A stretch of 63,449 nucleotides of DNA from Candidatus Enterousia sp. (GCA_045636045.1 JAZTWT010000011.1:1-63449), one strand, 5' to 3'; positions 55,476 to 63,449 are shown, counted from the first letter of the stretch. The notes: generated from the letters alone by a model not told the origin. Numbers and translations are program-made.

Positions 55476-56080
55476 TGGTCACCTCCCTCTGGGGCTTGCA
55501 GTTCACTTGCAAACAAATCACGAAGTTTTTTATCAGATTTACAAACGTCTGCATGTTCTTTTACATATTCAAAACTTTTCATAACATCGTGTTTCATTTG
55601 ACCAGAATTTAATGCGCCATTACAATCCAAACGAATATAACTTTCATTGGTATAATCCAGCGGTTTTTCAAAAAACATTTTCAATTCATCATAAAAGAAA
55701 TACAGTTTATCTTGAATGGCACTTGAAAAAAACAACTCGGATTCTTGGCATGTATTCAACATGCGTTTCAACAACAAAGAAACAGTTTTTGCATTTAATG
55801 TTTCAATTTCAATCAAACTGATTGTATGCAAAATATCATAAAATTCTGTATAAACTTTTAACTTATATGGATATTCTGCCGACCATTTGCGCATTTTTTC
55901 ATCCGCATCTGCATTTTTACGCTGTTCGATTAAATCTTTTTTACGAATATGATGTTGCCACCACAAAGTCCCGACTGTTGCAAAAATCGATACCCCCAAC
56001 GCAATCCAAGCAACCCAATCAATGCCAGAATTTTGGACCGTGATAACATCGTTAATTAAATGGGTTTGAACGGGTTCCAT
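55463..56080 (-). CDS. hypothetical membrane-anchored protein embedded between hsdM and hsdS (orf205)
   Basis: Its ATG overlaps the hsdM stop (TAATG at 56078-56082), and its stop lies 13 nt inside hsdS. It has one TM segment (WVAWIALGVSIFATVGTLWW) and a ~150-aa helical soluble part. Confidence 0.6.
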   Translation of the reverse strand: MEPVQTHLINDVITVQNSGIDWVAWIALGVSIFATVGTLWWQHHIRKKDLIEQRKNADADEKMRKWSAEYPYKLKVYTEFYDILHTISLIEIETLNAKTVSLLLKRMLNTCQESELFFSSAIQDKLYFFYDELKMFFEKPLDYTNESYIRLDCNGALNSGQMKHDVMKSFEYVKEHADVCKSDKKLRDLFASELQAPEGGDQCQK

Positions 56081-57639
56081 TATTCATCCCCCTGTAAATC
56101 TGCAACAATTGCATCAATTTGGGTACGCAATACGCTTTGACGGGCAACAATGTCGCCAATGCGTGCATTCAGTTCGTTTATATCGATTTTTTCACGCGTA
56201 TCGGGCTGTTCAACATATGTGGATACAGACAGGTTATAATCATTTTCCGCAACATCGGTGTTATTTACCAATTTGGCAAAGTGTTCCATATCTGCGCGCC
56301 CAATAAACGCTTTCAATATTGTTTCAATGTTTTCATCGGATAATTTATTCTTGTTCCCAGAATGCACAAATTGGTTGCCCGCATCAATAAACAGAATGTC
56401 ATTGTCCGCCTTGTTTTTCTTTAACACGATAATACATGTTGCGATTGTCACCCCAAAGAACAGGTTTGCGGGCAACTGAATAATGCAATCTACATAATTG
56501 TTATCAACCAAGTATTTACGGATTTTCTGTTCTGCACCACCACGATACAGCACACCAGGGAATTCAACAATTGCCGCCGTGCCAGATGCCGACAACCACG
56601 ACAGCATATGCATTGTGAACGCAAGGTCCGATTTGCCGCGTGGTGCCAATACGCCCGCAGGTGCAAAGCGTGGGTCGTTTATTAACAGTGGATTATCATC
56701 GCCATCCCATGGAATTGAATAAGGTGGGTTAGATACAATCGCATCAAATGGCTCTTCATCCCAATGTTTCGGTTCCAACAATGTGTCGCCATGTGCAATA
56801 TTAAACTTTTCATAATTGATATTATGCAGGAACATGTTAATGCGACACAGGTTATATGTGGTTATGTTCTTTTCCTGGCCAAAAAATCCCTGACGCACGC
56901 CATTTTGCCCCAATATTTTTGCAAACTTTAACAATAATGAACCCGAACCACATGCAGGGTCATAAACCTTGTTAACCTCGGTCTTACCCACCAGGGTTAT
57001 TTTTGCAAGCAGTTCTGATACCTCCTGCGGGGTAAAGAATTCACCACCAGATTTACCCGCATTGCTGGCATACATGGTCATAAGATATTCATACGCATCA
57101 CCAAAGGCATCAATACTGTTGTCTGTAAAATTCCCCAAGTCCAAACCAGCAATGGCGTCTAATATTTTTACCAGTTTTTTGTTTCTTTCTGGGACGGATG
57201 CACCCAATTTATTACTGTTCACATCAATGTCGTCAAACAAGCCACGGAAATCATCTTCACTTTCTGCACCAATGGCGGAATTTTCAATATTTGCAAATAC
57301 GGCAGCCAATGTTTCATTCAGGTTGGCATCTGCCTTGGCCGTGCGTTGGATATTTACAAACAATTCAGACGGCAGGATAAAGAACCCTTTGGATTCAATA
57401 CATTCATTGCGTGCGATTTCTGCGCTGGCATCGTTCAGGTTGGCATAACTGAAATCTTTATTACCAGCGGCATGTTCGTTTTTATCAATATAGTGCGCAA
57501 TATTTTCGGATATAAAGCGATAAAATAAAAAGCCCAATACATATGCTTTGAAATCCCAACCGTCAACCGCACCACGCAAATCGTTTGCAATCTGCCATAT
57601 AACACGGTGCAATTCCGCTCTTTCCTGTTCGCGCGCCAT
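56080..57639 (-). CDS. hsdM: type I restriction enzyme M subunit (N6-adenine methyltransferase)
   Basis: N-terminus [40 protein letters not shown] motif [11 protein letters not shown] and the NPPY motif (SNPPYS). ATG 57639 has an AGGGG SD, and an upstream in-frame ATG lies at 57654. Confidence 0.92.
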   Translation of the reverse strand: MAREQERAELHRVIWQIANDLRGAVDGWDFKAYVLGFLFYRFISENIAHYIDKNEHAAGNKDFSYANLNDASAEIARNECIESKGFFILPSELFVNIQRTAKADANLNETLAAVFANIENSAIGAESEDDFRGLFDDIDVNSNKLGASVPERNKKLVKILDAIAGLDLGNFTDNSIDAFGDAYEYLMTMYASNAGKSGGEFFTPQEVSELLAKITLVGKTEVNKVYDPACGSGSLLLKFAKILGQNGVRQGFFGQEKNITTYNLCRINMFLHNINYEKFNIAHGDTLLEPKHWDEEPFDAIVSNPPYSIPWDGDDNPLLINDPRFAPAGVLAPRGKSDLAFTMHMLSWLSASGTAAIVEFPGVLYRGGAEQKIRKYLVDNNYVDCIIQLPANLFFGVTIATCIIVLKKNKADNDILFIDAGNQFVHSGNKNKLSDENIETILKAFIGRADMEHFAKLVNNTDVAENDYNLSVSTYVEQPDTREKIDINELNARIGDIVARQSVLRTQIDAIVADLQGDE

Positions 57640-57657
57640 TATAAACCCCTGCATTTG

Positions 57658-57689
57658 AAAAAATTAAACCACCGAACAAAGCGGTGGTT
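57658..57689 (-). terminator. terminator-like hairpin at the 3' end of the hsdM leader RNA
   Basis: The RNA reads AACCACCG-CUUUGUU-CGGUGGUU followed by UAAUUUUUU. It ends ~20-35 nt before the hsdM ATGs. Confidence 0.55.
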
Positions 57690-57837
57690 GGAGGTTCACA
57701 ACTATTATGCATTGAAAATAGCGGGCTTATTCAATATATTCACCGCCCTCCAACCATACAGATTGGAGGTATTTTTTGTCCCCACGGACACAATGCATAA
57801 AAGGGTTGTGACGCCCAACACAGCAACCGCCATGTCA
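57690..57837 (-). ncRNA. structured RNA leader / ncRNA, copy 1 (upstream of hsdM)
   Basis: Promoter TTGATT (57867-57872), 17 nt, then TAGTAT (57844-57849). The nested helices are supported by compensatory differences from copy 2, and the 40-nt core 57716-57755 is identical to 61710-61749. Confidence 0.55.
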
Positions 57838-57874
57838 TTGCATATACTACAACAAAAAATGACAAAAATCAAAT

Positions 57875-57892
57875 CCCACCTGTTAAGGTGGG
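57875..57892 (-). terminator. rho-independent terminator of the int-xis-wHTH module
   Basis: On the minus strand, CCCACC-TTAACA-GGTGGG is followed by ATTTGATTTTT. Confidence 0.6.
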
Positions 57893-58133
57893 TGGGGGGA
57901 TGGTATTGTTATATGGTATGTGAATAACATGTGTTGGCTTGTTGATTAGTTTATTCATCAGTGTTGTTATTGGTTTACTATCTCCACATGGTATATATCT
58001 ATATAATGTCCCTGATATGTGACCGCACTTTTTGCAAAAAACAGCAAAACGGTCCCCCAAATGTGACCGAGCCACATTTGCATATGGCATTTGTGGCTCC
58101 GTGTCGTGACTTGATGGCTTTATTTTGAGCCAC

Positions 58134-58562
58134 CTAATCCTGTGGTGGATTTTCAAGAAAGTTGTCGCCAACTTTCCATTTTTTCCACTCGTTTGATGGA
58201 CGATTTTCACCCTTGTTTTTGTCGGTGTTTAATTTCCACGCGCTGGCAACATTTCCACCATTTGCGAAATATCCCAATCGGGTTTGTGTTATAAAACCCT
58301 TTTGCTGCAATTCTTGGAACGCTCTGCCAGCTGTGTTGCGACTCATCGGACACGCTTTTGCCACATCGCGACACGACAAACAGATATCGCCATTATTAAC
58401 GCCATTAAATCTGCGTTTTAACAACACTAATACGCGCATACCTGCATGAGACAAGTGCTGAAACGCCATCGAATCCACCAGTTGGAATGACAGGGCGCAA
58501 AAGCGTTCTTTTGCACTCTCGCGTCCAAACAGGCGACAGTTTGCTTTAACTTTTTTTGCCAT
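58134..58562 (-). CDS. winged-helix DNA-binding protein (island regulator or replication-initiator-like)
   Basis: Start MAKKVKANCRLF at 58562. The segment ..CLSCRDVAKACPMSRNTAGRAFQELQQKGFI.. is wHTH-like. Confidence 0.5.
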   Translation of the reverse strand: MAKKVKANCRLFGRESAKERFCALSFQLVDSMAFQHLSHAGMRVLVLLKRRFNGVNNGDICLSCRDVAKACPMSRNTAGRAFQELQQKGFITQTRLGYFANGGNVASAWKLNTDKNKGENRPSNEWKKWKVGDNFLENPPQD

Positions 58563-58714
58563 GTTCGTCACCCGTGTCGTTTTGCTGCAACAACTGCATG
58601 AAATGCAATTGCACTGGTTTTTGATGTTGCACAACGGCAATGTCGTTGTTATTATTGGATTGGTTTGTTATTAAATCCGTGATATGTGTCGCGGATTTTT
58701 CTTTTTTATTCATT

Positions 58715-58945
58715 TTACACTCCTTTTTTTGTTCTGCCTGTGGATGATGGATTGGTGGCAACCCATTGAAAAAATTTGACCTCATCAATCAAAACCTTGG
58801 CCCCAACACGGTGGATTACCCCCATGTCATCTAATCCATTGAACGGGCGGTGAAATACCAGGTCCCTGATGCTGCCCTCAGAAAATGCAGGGTGTTTTTT
58901 TGCGAACTGTTTAACAGTTAAATAATGCGGAATGTCATTTGACAT
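58715..58945 (-). CDS. excisionase / AlpA-like HTH protein
   Basis: 76 aa. The pattern YLTVKQFAKKHPAFSEGSIRDLVF....NGL is MerR-type HTH_17-like. It lies in the int-proximal module. Confidence 0.55.
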   Translation of the reverse strand: MSNDIPHYLTVKQFAKKHPAFSEGSIRDLVFHRPFNGLDDMGVIHRVGAKVLIDEVKFFQWVATNPSSTGRTKKGV

Positions 58946-59159
58946 CTTTTCCCCTTTTTTGTTGTTCTTGTTAACTTAACGCAAATTGCTTTTGCCTGCT
59001 GAAAATGTGCGACAATTAAATTTGGATAACAACTGCAAGCAATCTGCTTGCAGTTTGTGCGCAAACCCACAGTGGGCGTGGGGTTAAGACATATGAACTT
59101 TTTTTCAAAAAAACAAACCACGACGAATCGTGGTTTTCCAAAAATGGCGTTTTTTATGG

Positions 59160-59858
59160 TTATTGACGTTCAAACGCGGACTGTTTTGCCGCACGCTTTT
59201 TTGCCGCGTTTTGGGTGGCTAATGCAGCCAATTTAAGTATCGTCCCACCATACATGCCACATTCCTTACGGTTTCTAATAGAAAACGCAAACATATAATC
59301 CACAATATAAAAAATTGCGGCAATATACATGTCTTCTGGGGTGGCGTTAAATTTGTTTATAAACCAGCGTCTGCGCTGGGTTATTAGTGTTTTGGATGCG
59401 GCGGGCGCAACAACATTTTCTTTTAGTGCCGCATGCTTATCTTTTGTACGCAGCAAATCCACTTTTGTTTTACCTCTTGTCGTTGGTTTTCGCTTGGCCG
59501 CAGGGATATATTTGCCCACCAATTCAGCATCGCGATTTGATAAAACAGACAATAACACTAACTGCAACATATGCGGCAGATCTAAAATGTTTGTATTTAC
59601 CAATTGCGAACGACTTGCTGTGCTACCCCTTAAAATTTCTGTGTTTTCTATCAAATCACACATTGTATCCATTAAATACTGCAACCGCTTTTGTTGCTCG
59701 GGGGTAAAGCTTATTTGCTGTGGCACCACGACCTTATCGTCTGGGAAAAGCATATTATGCGATTGCAACACTGCCTCATTTACGCCAAAACCCACAAATT
59801 CAGGGCAGTGTTTCATTACGTCATGATATTGCTTTATTGTCAATTTGCGATATTTCAT
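59160..59858 (-). CDS. hypothetical island protein (232 aa)
   Basis: Its ATG overlaps the integrase stop (ATGA). No motif recognised. Confidence 0.5.
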   Translation of the reverse strand: MKYRKLTIKQYHDVMKHCPEFVGFGVNEAVLQSHNMLFPDDKVVVPQQISFTPEQQKRLQYLMDTMCDLIENTEILRGSTASRSQLVNTNILDLPHMLQLVLLSVLSNRDAELVGKYIPAAKRKPTTRGKTKVDLLRTKDKHAALKENVVAPAASKTLITQRRRWFINKFNATPEDMYIAAIFYIVDYMFAFSIRNRKECGMYGGTILKLAALATQNAAKKRAAKQSAFERQ

Positions 59859-60913
59859 TCCGCACCACCAAATATTTTTGCGTTCATACTGGCCACGACA
59901 CTGCTTTTATGTGCATTGGACAGGTGTGCATACCGCTTTACCATGGAAAGCGTTTTATGCCCCAAGACATCTGCGATTTCATTTGGGCTGGCACCATTCA
60001 TTGCCAAATAACTGGCACAGGTGTGGCGCAAATCATGAAATCTAAAATCATGCAAACCTGCCTTGGCTACCACGGTTGCCCAACTGCGTTTTATTTCGCA
60101 TGGCCCCGAATTTTTATCGTTTGGAAATACCCATACGTCGGACTTACGCTTTTCATATAACTGGCGCACCAAATCTAATGCAGGTCCCCATAAGGGCAGA
60201 CCACGCATTTCACCGTTCTTGGTATGTTCTAATACTGCCCACCCCTTGTCCAAATCAATATTATCCCAACGAAGGGACAATATCTCGCCACGTCTGGCAC
60301 CAGTTGAAATTGCCAGCACGATGATGGCATACAAATCCTTGTTTTTTGAATCCTTGGCTGCTGCCAATAGGCGTTCGCGCTCCACATCACTTAAAAAGCG
60401 TGTACGACCACGACTTTCGCGTTTGTGTTCAACACGAGCCACTGGGTTTACATCTATCCACCCCAACGACTTTATTCCATAAGCCAACGCACAACTTAAT
60501 GCGGCCAAATACCTGTTTAATGTCGCTGCACTTTTTGGTCTATTGCCATATTGGATTGCGGCAATCCGTTCAAGTGCACTGGTTATGATTGCAGGCGTCA
60601 AAGAATATAACCTGGTCGCACCAATAAACTTTTCCCATTCATCCAACTGTGTGGTGAGTGTTTTTATGGAACGCAACCCGTTATCTTCAATATGCCGCTT
60701 ATATCGGTCTAACAATTCACTGAATGTGCGATTGCGTGCATTTGTGTTTGGCATGTGTTTTTGATCGCGCATTTCCGTTTCGGTTTTCACGGCCCATTCA
60801 CGCGCCAATGTTTTACTGGAAAATGTTGCTGTTTGAATAAGGTTTCCCTCTACACGAACACGCGCTCTATATCGAACACCAGATTTGGTCATTCTTTTTT
60901 CAATCGTTGCCAT
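59855..60913 (-). CDS. int: tyrosine site-specific integrase
   Basis: Catalytic motifs are present: TGARRGE, HDLRHTCASYLAMNG and LGHKTLSMVKRYAHL. Confidence 0.92.
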   Translation of the reverse strand: MATIEKRMTKSGVRYRARVRVEGNLIQTATFSSKTLAREWAVKTETEMRDQKHMPNTNARNRTFSELLDRYKRHIEDNGLRSIKTLTTQLDEWEKFIGATRLYSLTPAIITSALERIAAIQYGNRPKSAATLNRYLAALSCALAYGIKSLGWIDVNPVARVEHKRESRGRTRFLSDVERERLLAAAKDSKNKDLYAIIVLAISTGARRGEILSLRWDNIDLDKGWAVLEHTKNGEMRGLPLWGPALDLVRQLYEKRKSDVWVFPNDKNSGPCEIKRSWATVVAKAGLHDFRFHDLRHTCASYLAMNGASPNEIADVLGHKTLSMVKRYAHLSNAHKSSVVASMNAKIFGGAE

Positions 60914-61210
60914 CAGTTTTTTCCTTGTTTTCTGAGAGTTTACAACAACTTACAACAAATGTCAAAAAGATACCATAGATTCTAAATCAGAGGAACTGTC
61001 TGCTGACACCCGCAGAAATCTTGGAGATATTTTGAACGCGACAAAAAAATGGTCCAGTTTTGGTCCACAAAGACAAAATACCATGCCACAAAAGTGTCAA
61101 AAAACCGATGCTTTCAGAGTAAAAATCCTGCACCCCATTTTTACCGAAAATTATTGCAGCGTTTTGATGTCCATGTCCCAAATTTGGACCATTTTAACAT
61201 TTTTATTCAC

Positions 61211-61305
61211 TTTTATGATTTTTTTGCTTGCGTTGCCCCCCACAATATGTATAATTGTGGGGCAACGCCGGTTTAGCTCAGCTGGTAGAGCGGCTGATTT
61301 GTAAT
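61211..61305 (+). repeat. attR: island-borne promoter plus 5' half of the functional tRNA-Thr
   Basis: Direct repeat of 50209-50303. TATAAT lies at the equivalent position upstream of the tRNA. Confidence 0.8.
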
Positions 61306-61342
61306 CAGTAGGTCGTTGGTTCAAGTCCGACAACCGGCACCA
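61267..61342 (+). tRNA. tRNA-Thr (anticodon TGT), CCA encoded
   Basis: GCCGGTT-TA-GCTC-AGCTGGTA-GAGC-G-GCTGA-TTTGTAA-TCAGT-AGGTC-GTTGG-TTCAAGT-CCGAC-AACCGGC-A-CCA. Confidence 0.9.
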
Positions 61343-61355
61343 TGTTTGACTTAGC

Positions 61356-61402
61356 CCCCTGAAATTCGCTTAACATCTTGAAAATTGGCGCGATTTCAGG
61401 GG
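61356..61402 (+). terminator. hairpin plus T-rich tract after tRNA-Thr
   Basis: CCCCTGAAAT ... ATTTCAGGGG forms a 10-bp stem with a 27-nt loop, followed by TTCTAAATTTTTCTTTTTT. Confidence 0.5.
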
Positions 61403-61632
61403 TTCTAAATTTTTCTTTTTTGTCGTATGATAATTTGCCTGGAAAATAAATATTTAGAACCGCTCGACGTAAAGAAAGGTCGGCATCATGCCAAACGTTC
61501 AATAGGGAACCTGCGACCGTCAAAACAATATCAAAAAATCAACCCCGACATAATTCTATTTTTACCAAGTTTTCCTTGGTTTTTATTCATATAAAGTTTG
61601 TTTTTACCACGTTTTTATGATATAATTTCCGC

Positions 61633-61846
61633 TGACACAGGCGACTGTGTTGGGCGTTACAACCCATAACATTAGGTGTCCGTGGGAACAAAAAATACCT
61701 CTAACCATTGGTTGGAGGGCGGTGAATATATTGAATAAGCCCGCTATTTCCTAATGTTATAGTTGTAAACCTCCAGCCACCAATCATTGCTGCGCAAACG
61801 TGGCGAATATGCACGTCTGTGGAAAATGCAGTCCGGTGGATTTTTA
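61633..61846 (+). ncRNA. structured RNA leader / ncRNA, copy 2 (upstream of the HExxH protein gene)
   Basis: Promoter TTGTTT (61598-61603), 17 nt, then TATAAT (61621-61626). The homologous core 61645-61782 is followed by a longer 3' region ending in GGTGGATTTTT (61836-61846). Confidence 0.5.
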
Positions 61847-61870
61847 CAGGAATAATAAAAAGGACAATGA

Positions 61871-63028
61871 ATGAAAAAAGAAAGCGTACCGCAAAAATTA
61901 AACAAAAAAAGCATTCAGGAAATTAACTATGAAAAATTCCTTGAATATAAAAAGAGCCTGTCTAAAGACGATCAGATAGCTGCTTCTATTATTAGCGCAG
62001 CAGTCAAAAATTATACCCTTGGCTGTATGCAGAAATTAGAAGATGCAGAACAATTTGTATTGGGCCCAGTTGCATACCGCGCGGAATTCGCAAAGGAACT
62101 AGAAATAATCCATAAGGATAATAAAAACGTTATGGTAAACTTATTAAAGAAAAATTTTGGAATCGACACCCAGGATTTCGAATTTTTATGGGATCTGTAC
62201 GGACAAACAGAATTATATAACAGATTAAAAATGGCTGTCGCCAAAGATAAGCACCGGCCACGAAATATGCAGTTTTGGGAATTTGTCGCCAGCCCTGACT
62301 TAGAATATGTCGGTGGCGAGTTTTCAACATTTGATAGAAATTTAGCACTAAAAAAATTAAAGAAAACTGCAAAATTTAGTCAAGCCCAAGCTAAATTAGG
62401 TGGTAAAAAAGTTCCCAGTATGGACGAAATAATTGGCGATGCAATATCAGGAACGCCAAAAAATATATACGAGGCCACACTAGATAAGTTTGATGCATTC
62501 TTCAAAATGTATGAACAATCCGACTTAAAAAAAGTGCATGCAGACATTGTGAAACAAGGCGTAAAGTTTGATGCCGATGAATACTCAATGCTGCTAACAC
62601 TGCTGGTCCAAAATATGGCACACAAACAAGGGATAAAAAACGACGTTGCCTATGTGATAATTTCAGATGACTTGAGCTTTGATAGCGAGGCTTTTGGCAA
62701 GTACAGCAGAGAATACATCCCTGAACTTAACGCAGAACGCGGATTTATCGCCATTAACCGCAATTTGCTTCATAAAGCAATTGCAACGCAAGTAAAAGAC
62801 AAACAAATCCAAAATGAAATCCTGTTCACCGAAATTCTATCAATCGTGATGCACGAATATTCTCATCATGTTGACGTTATGGCACCAAACAAAGGGGCCG
62901 TTGGCGCGCAAAAAATGAATCTGTCGCAAATGACCGAAGAAAAATCAGAAAATGATCCATCGGAATGTTCAGCATATACTTTTTCCGAATTTATAAGGGG
63001 CAAACTTACTCAAGCCCAGAACGACTAA
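61871..63028 (+). CDS. hypothetical protein with a zincin HExxH motif (385 aa)
   Basis: ATG at 61871. The only recognisable feature is IVMHEYSHHVD near the C-terminus. Confidence 0.5.
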   Translation: MKKESVPQKLNKKSIQEINYEKFLEYKKSLSKDDQIAASIISAAVKNYTLGCMQKLEDAEQFVLGPVAYRAEFAKELEIIHKDNKNVMVNLLKKNFGIDTQDFEFLWDLYGQTELYNRLKMAVAKDKHRPRNMQFWEFVASPDLEYVGGEFSTFDRNLALKKLKKTAKFSQAQAKLGGKKVPSMDEIIGDAISGTPKNIYEATLDKFDAFFKMYEQSDLKKVHADIVKQGVKFDADEYSMLLTLLVQNMAHKQGIKNDVAYVIISDDLSFDSEAFGKYSREYIPELNAERGFIAINRNLLHKAIATQVKDKQIQNEILFTEILSIVMHEYSHHVDVMAPNKGAVGAQKMNLSQMTEEKSENDPSECSAYTFSEFIRGKLTQAQND

Positions 63029-63125
63029 ACATAAATAAAGGAAAGGCAGATATGAAATTCAAGGGATTTAAATCGCTAATCAAGACGAAACAATCGCCAA
63101 CACCGGAAAGATAAGGATACGCGAT

Positions 63126-63449
63126 ATGCAGATAAATTTGAAGCACATGGGCGCAGACAGTTGCTGGAAAACAATTGTTGACATGCACAGCGACTATCAC
63201 CAAAACCTGAAACACCATAAATACACATATAATCAGTTTGTGCCAAACGATAAACGCATGCATGAATTTATGGAAATTGAAAACCCTACGGCACAACAGG
63301 TCAAACATTATCGTGATATCTTTTTAAACGAAATCTATAACGAAAGTGATTTGAAAAAACTGGATAATACAATAGTAAATTCCGTTATTCCCAAAATGCA
63401 GATGGCGATAGATGGCAAAATTAAACCACTGGCCAACAAATGGGGGATA
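63126..63449 (+). CDS. hypothetical protein, 5' partial view (runs off the window)
   Basis: The frame is open from ATG 63126 to the window end (MQINLKHMGADSCWKTIVDMH...). It is absent from the ORF track because no stop is reached. Confidence 0.3.
   Translation, partial: MQINLKHMGADSCWKTIVDMHSDYHQNLKHHKYTYNQFVPNDKRMHEFMEIENPTAQQVKHYRDIFLNEIYNESDLKKLDNTIVNSVIPKMQMAIDGKIKPLANKWGI

Larger units (their letters stand above)
50304..61210 (-). mobile_element. ~11 kb integrative genomic island in tRNA-Thr carrying a type I R-M operon
   Basis: Bounded by the tRNA-Thr direct repeats, with a tyrosine integrase, Xis-like and wHTH genes at the tRNA-proximal end. TGGTCC-type repeats lie inside both ends (50436-50452 and 50518-50537; 61049-61068 and 61175-61190). 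Confidence 0.75.

Noticed and set aside
57869-58210. 113-aa minus-strand ORF between the wHTH gene and the RNA-element promoter.
   Set aside because: It overlaps the end of the wHTH gene, runs through a terminator hairpin and promoter, and has no SD. The region is rich in direct and inverted repeats that suggest DNA sites instead.
61305-61523. 72-aa minus-strand ORF ending inside tRNA-Thr, considered as a possible recombinase remnant.
   Set aside because: Its C-terminus (VVGLEPTTY) is just the translated tRNA T-arm. No integrase or recombinase motifs are present, and the region is better explained by the tRNA terminator hairpin (61356-61402).

Overview
This is a moderately AT-rich bacterial chromosomal window. 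The gene content (lpxI, a DUF4164-like/zapA pair, several Omp25-like beta-barrels ending in Phe, parC, a short HTH-less birA) suggests an alphaproteobacterium, possibly a reduced or host-associated lineage; that is inference only. All functional calls come from reading the supplied translations and the DNA by eye. No searches were run.

The housekeeping backbone is birA, priA, miaA, gap, tRNA-Leu, rpmG, rplU-rpmA, a tandem GT2 glycosyltransferase, an RNA methyltransferase, lpxI, zapA, radC, map, holA, lptE, an acyl-CoA synthetase, nrdD/nrdG, tRNA-Ser, lgt, a BI-1 family protein, a ferredoxin, parC and a U32 peptidase.

Three accessory patches interrupt this backbone:
1. 0.05-8.7 kb: a CI-like repressor next to a compact T7-ordered phage structural module (lysin, holin, scaffold, capsid, tail-tube A/B, fibre stub). 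It lacks a portal, ejection proteins and the terminase nuclease domain, and carries an inserted Lys/Ala-repeat H1-like protein.
2. 36.1-38.7 kb: an OLD-family ATPase/TOPRIM nuclease with a small partner ORF, next to a tRNA-Ser surrounded by duplicated tRNA fragments.
3. 50.2-61.3 kb: an ~11 kb integrase island inserted in the anticodon loop of tRNA-Thr. It carries a type IC-like R-M operon, hsdM-orf205-hsdS-hsdR-DUF805.

The most unusual signals are:
- A ~140-175 nt promoter-proximal structured RNA leader lies in front of hsdM. A second, diverged copy outside the island keeps its helices through compensatory changes, and the layout looks like antiterminator/terminator switching.
- A translationally coupled membrane-protein gene is embedded between hsdM and hsdS.
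- The class III ribonucleotide reductase is split, with the glycyl-radical motif on a separate 60-aa ORF that has its own Shine-Dalgarno sequence.
- A stand-alone sRNA candidate has two CU-rich (anti-SD-like) hairpin loops.
- A 3 x 12-bp repeat sits in the hsdS spacer region.
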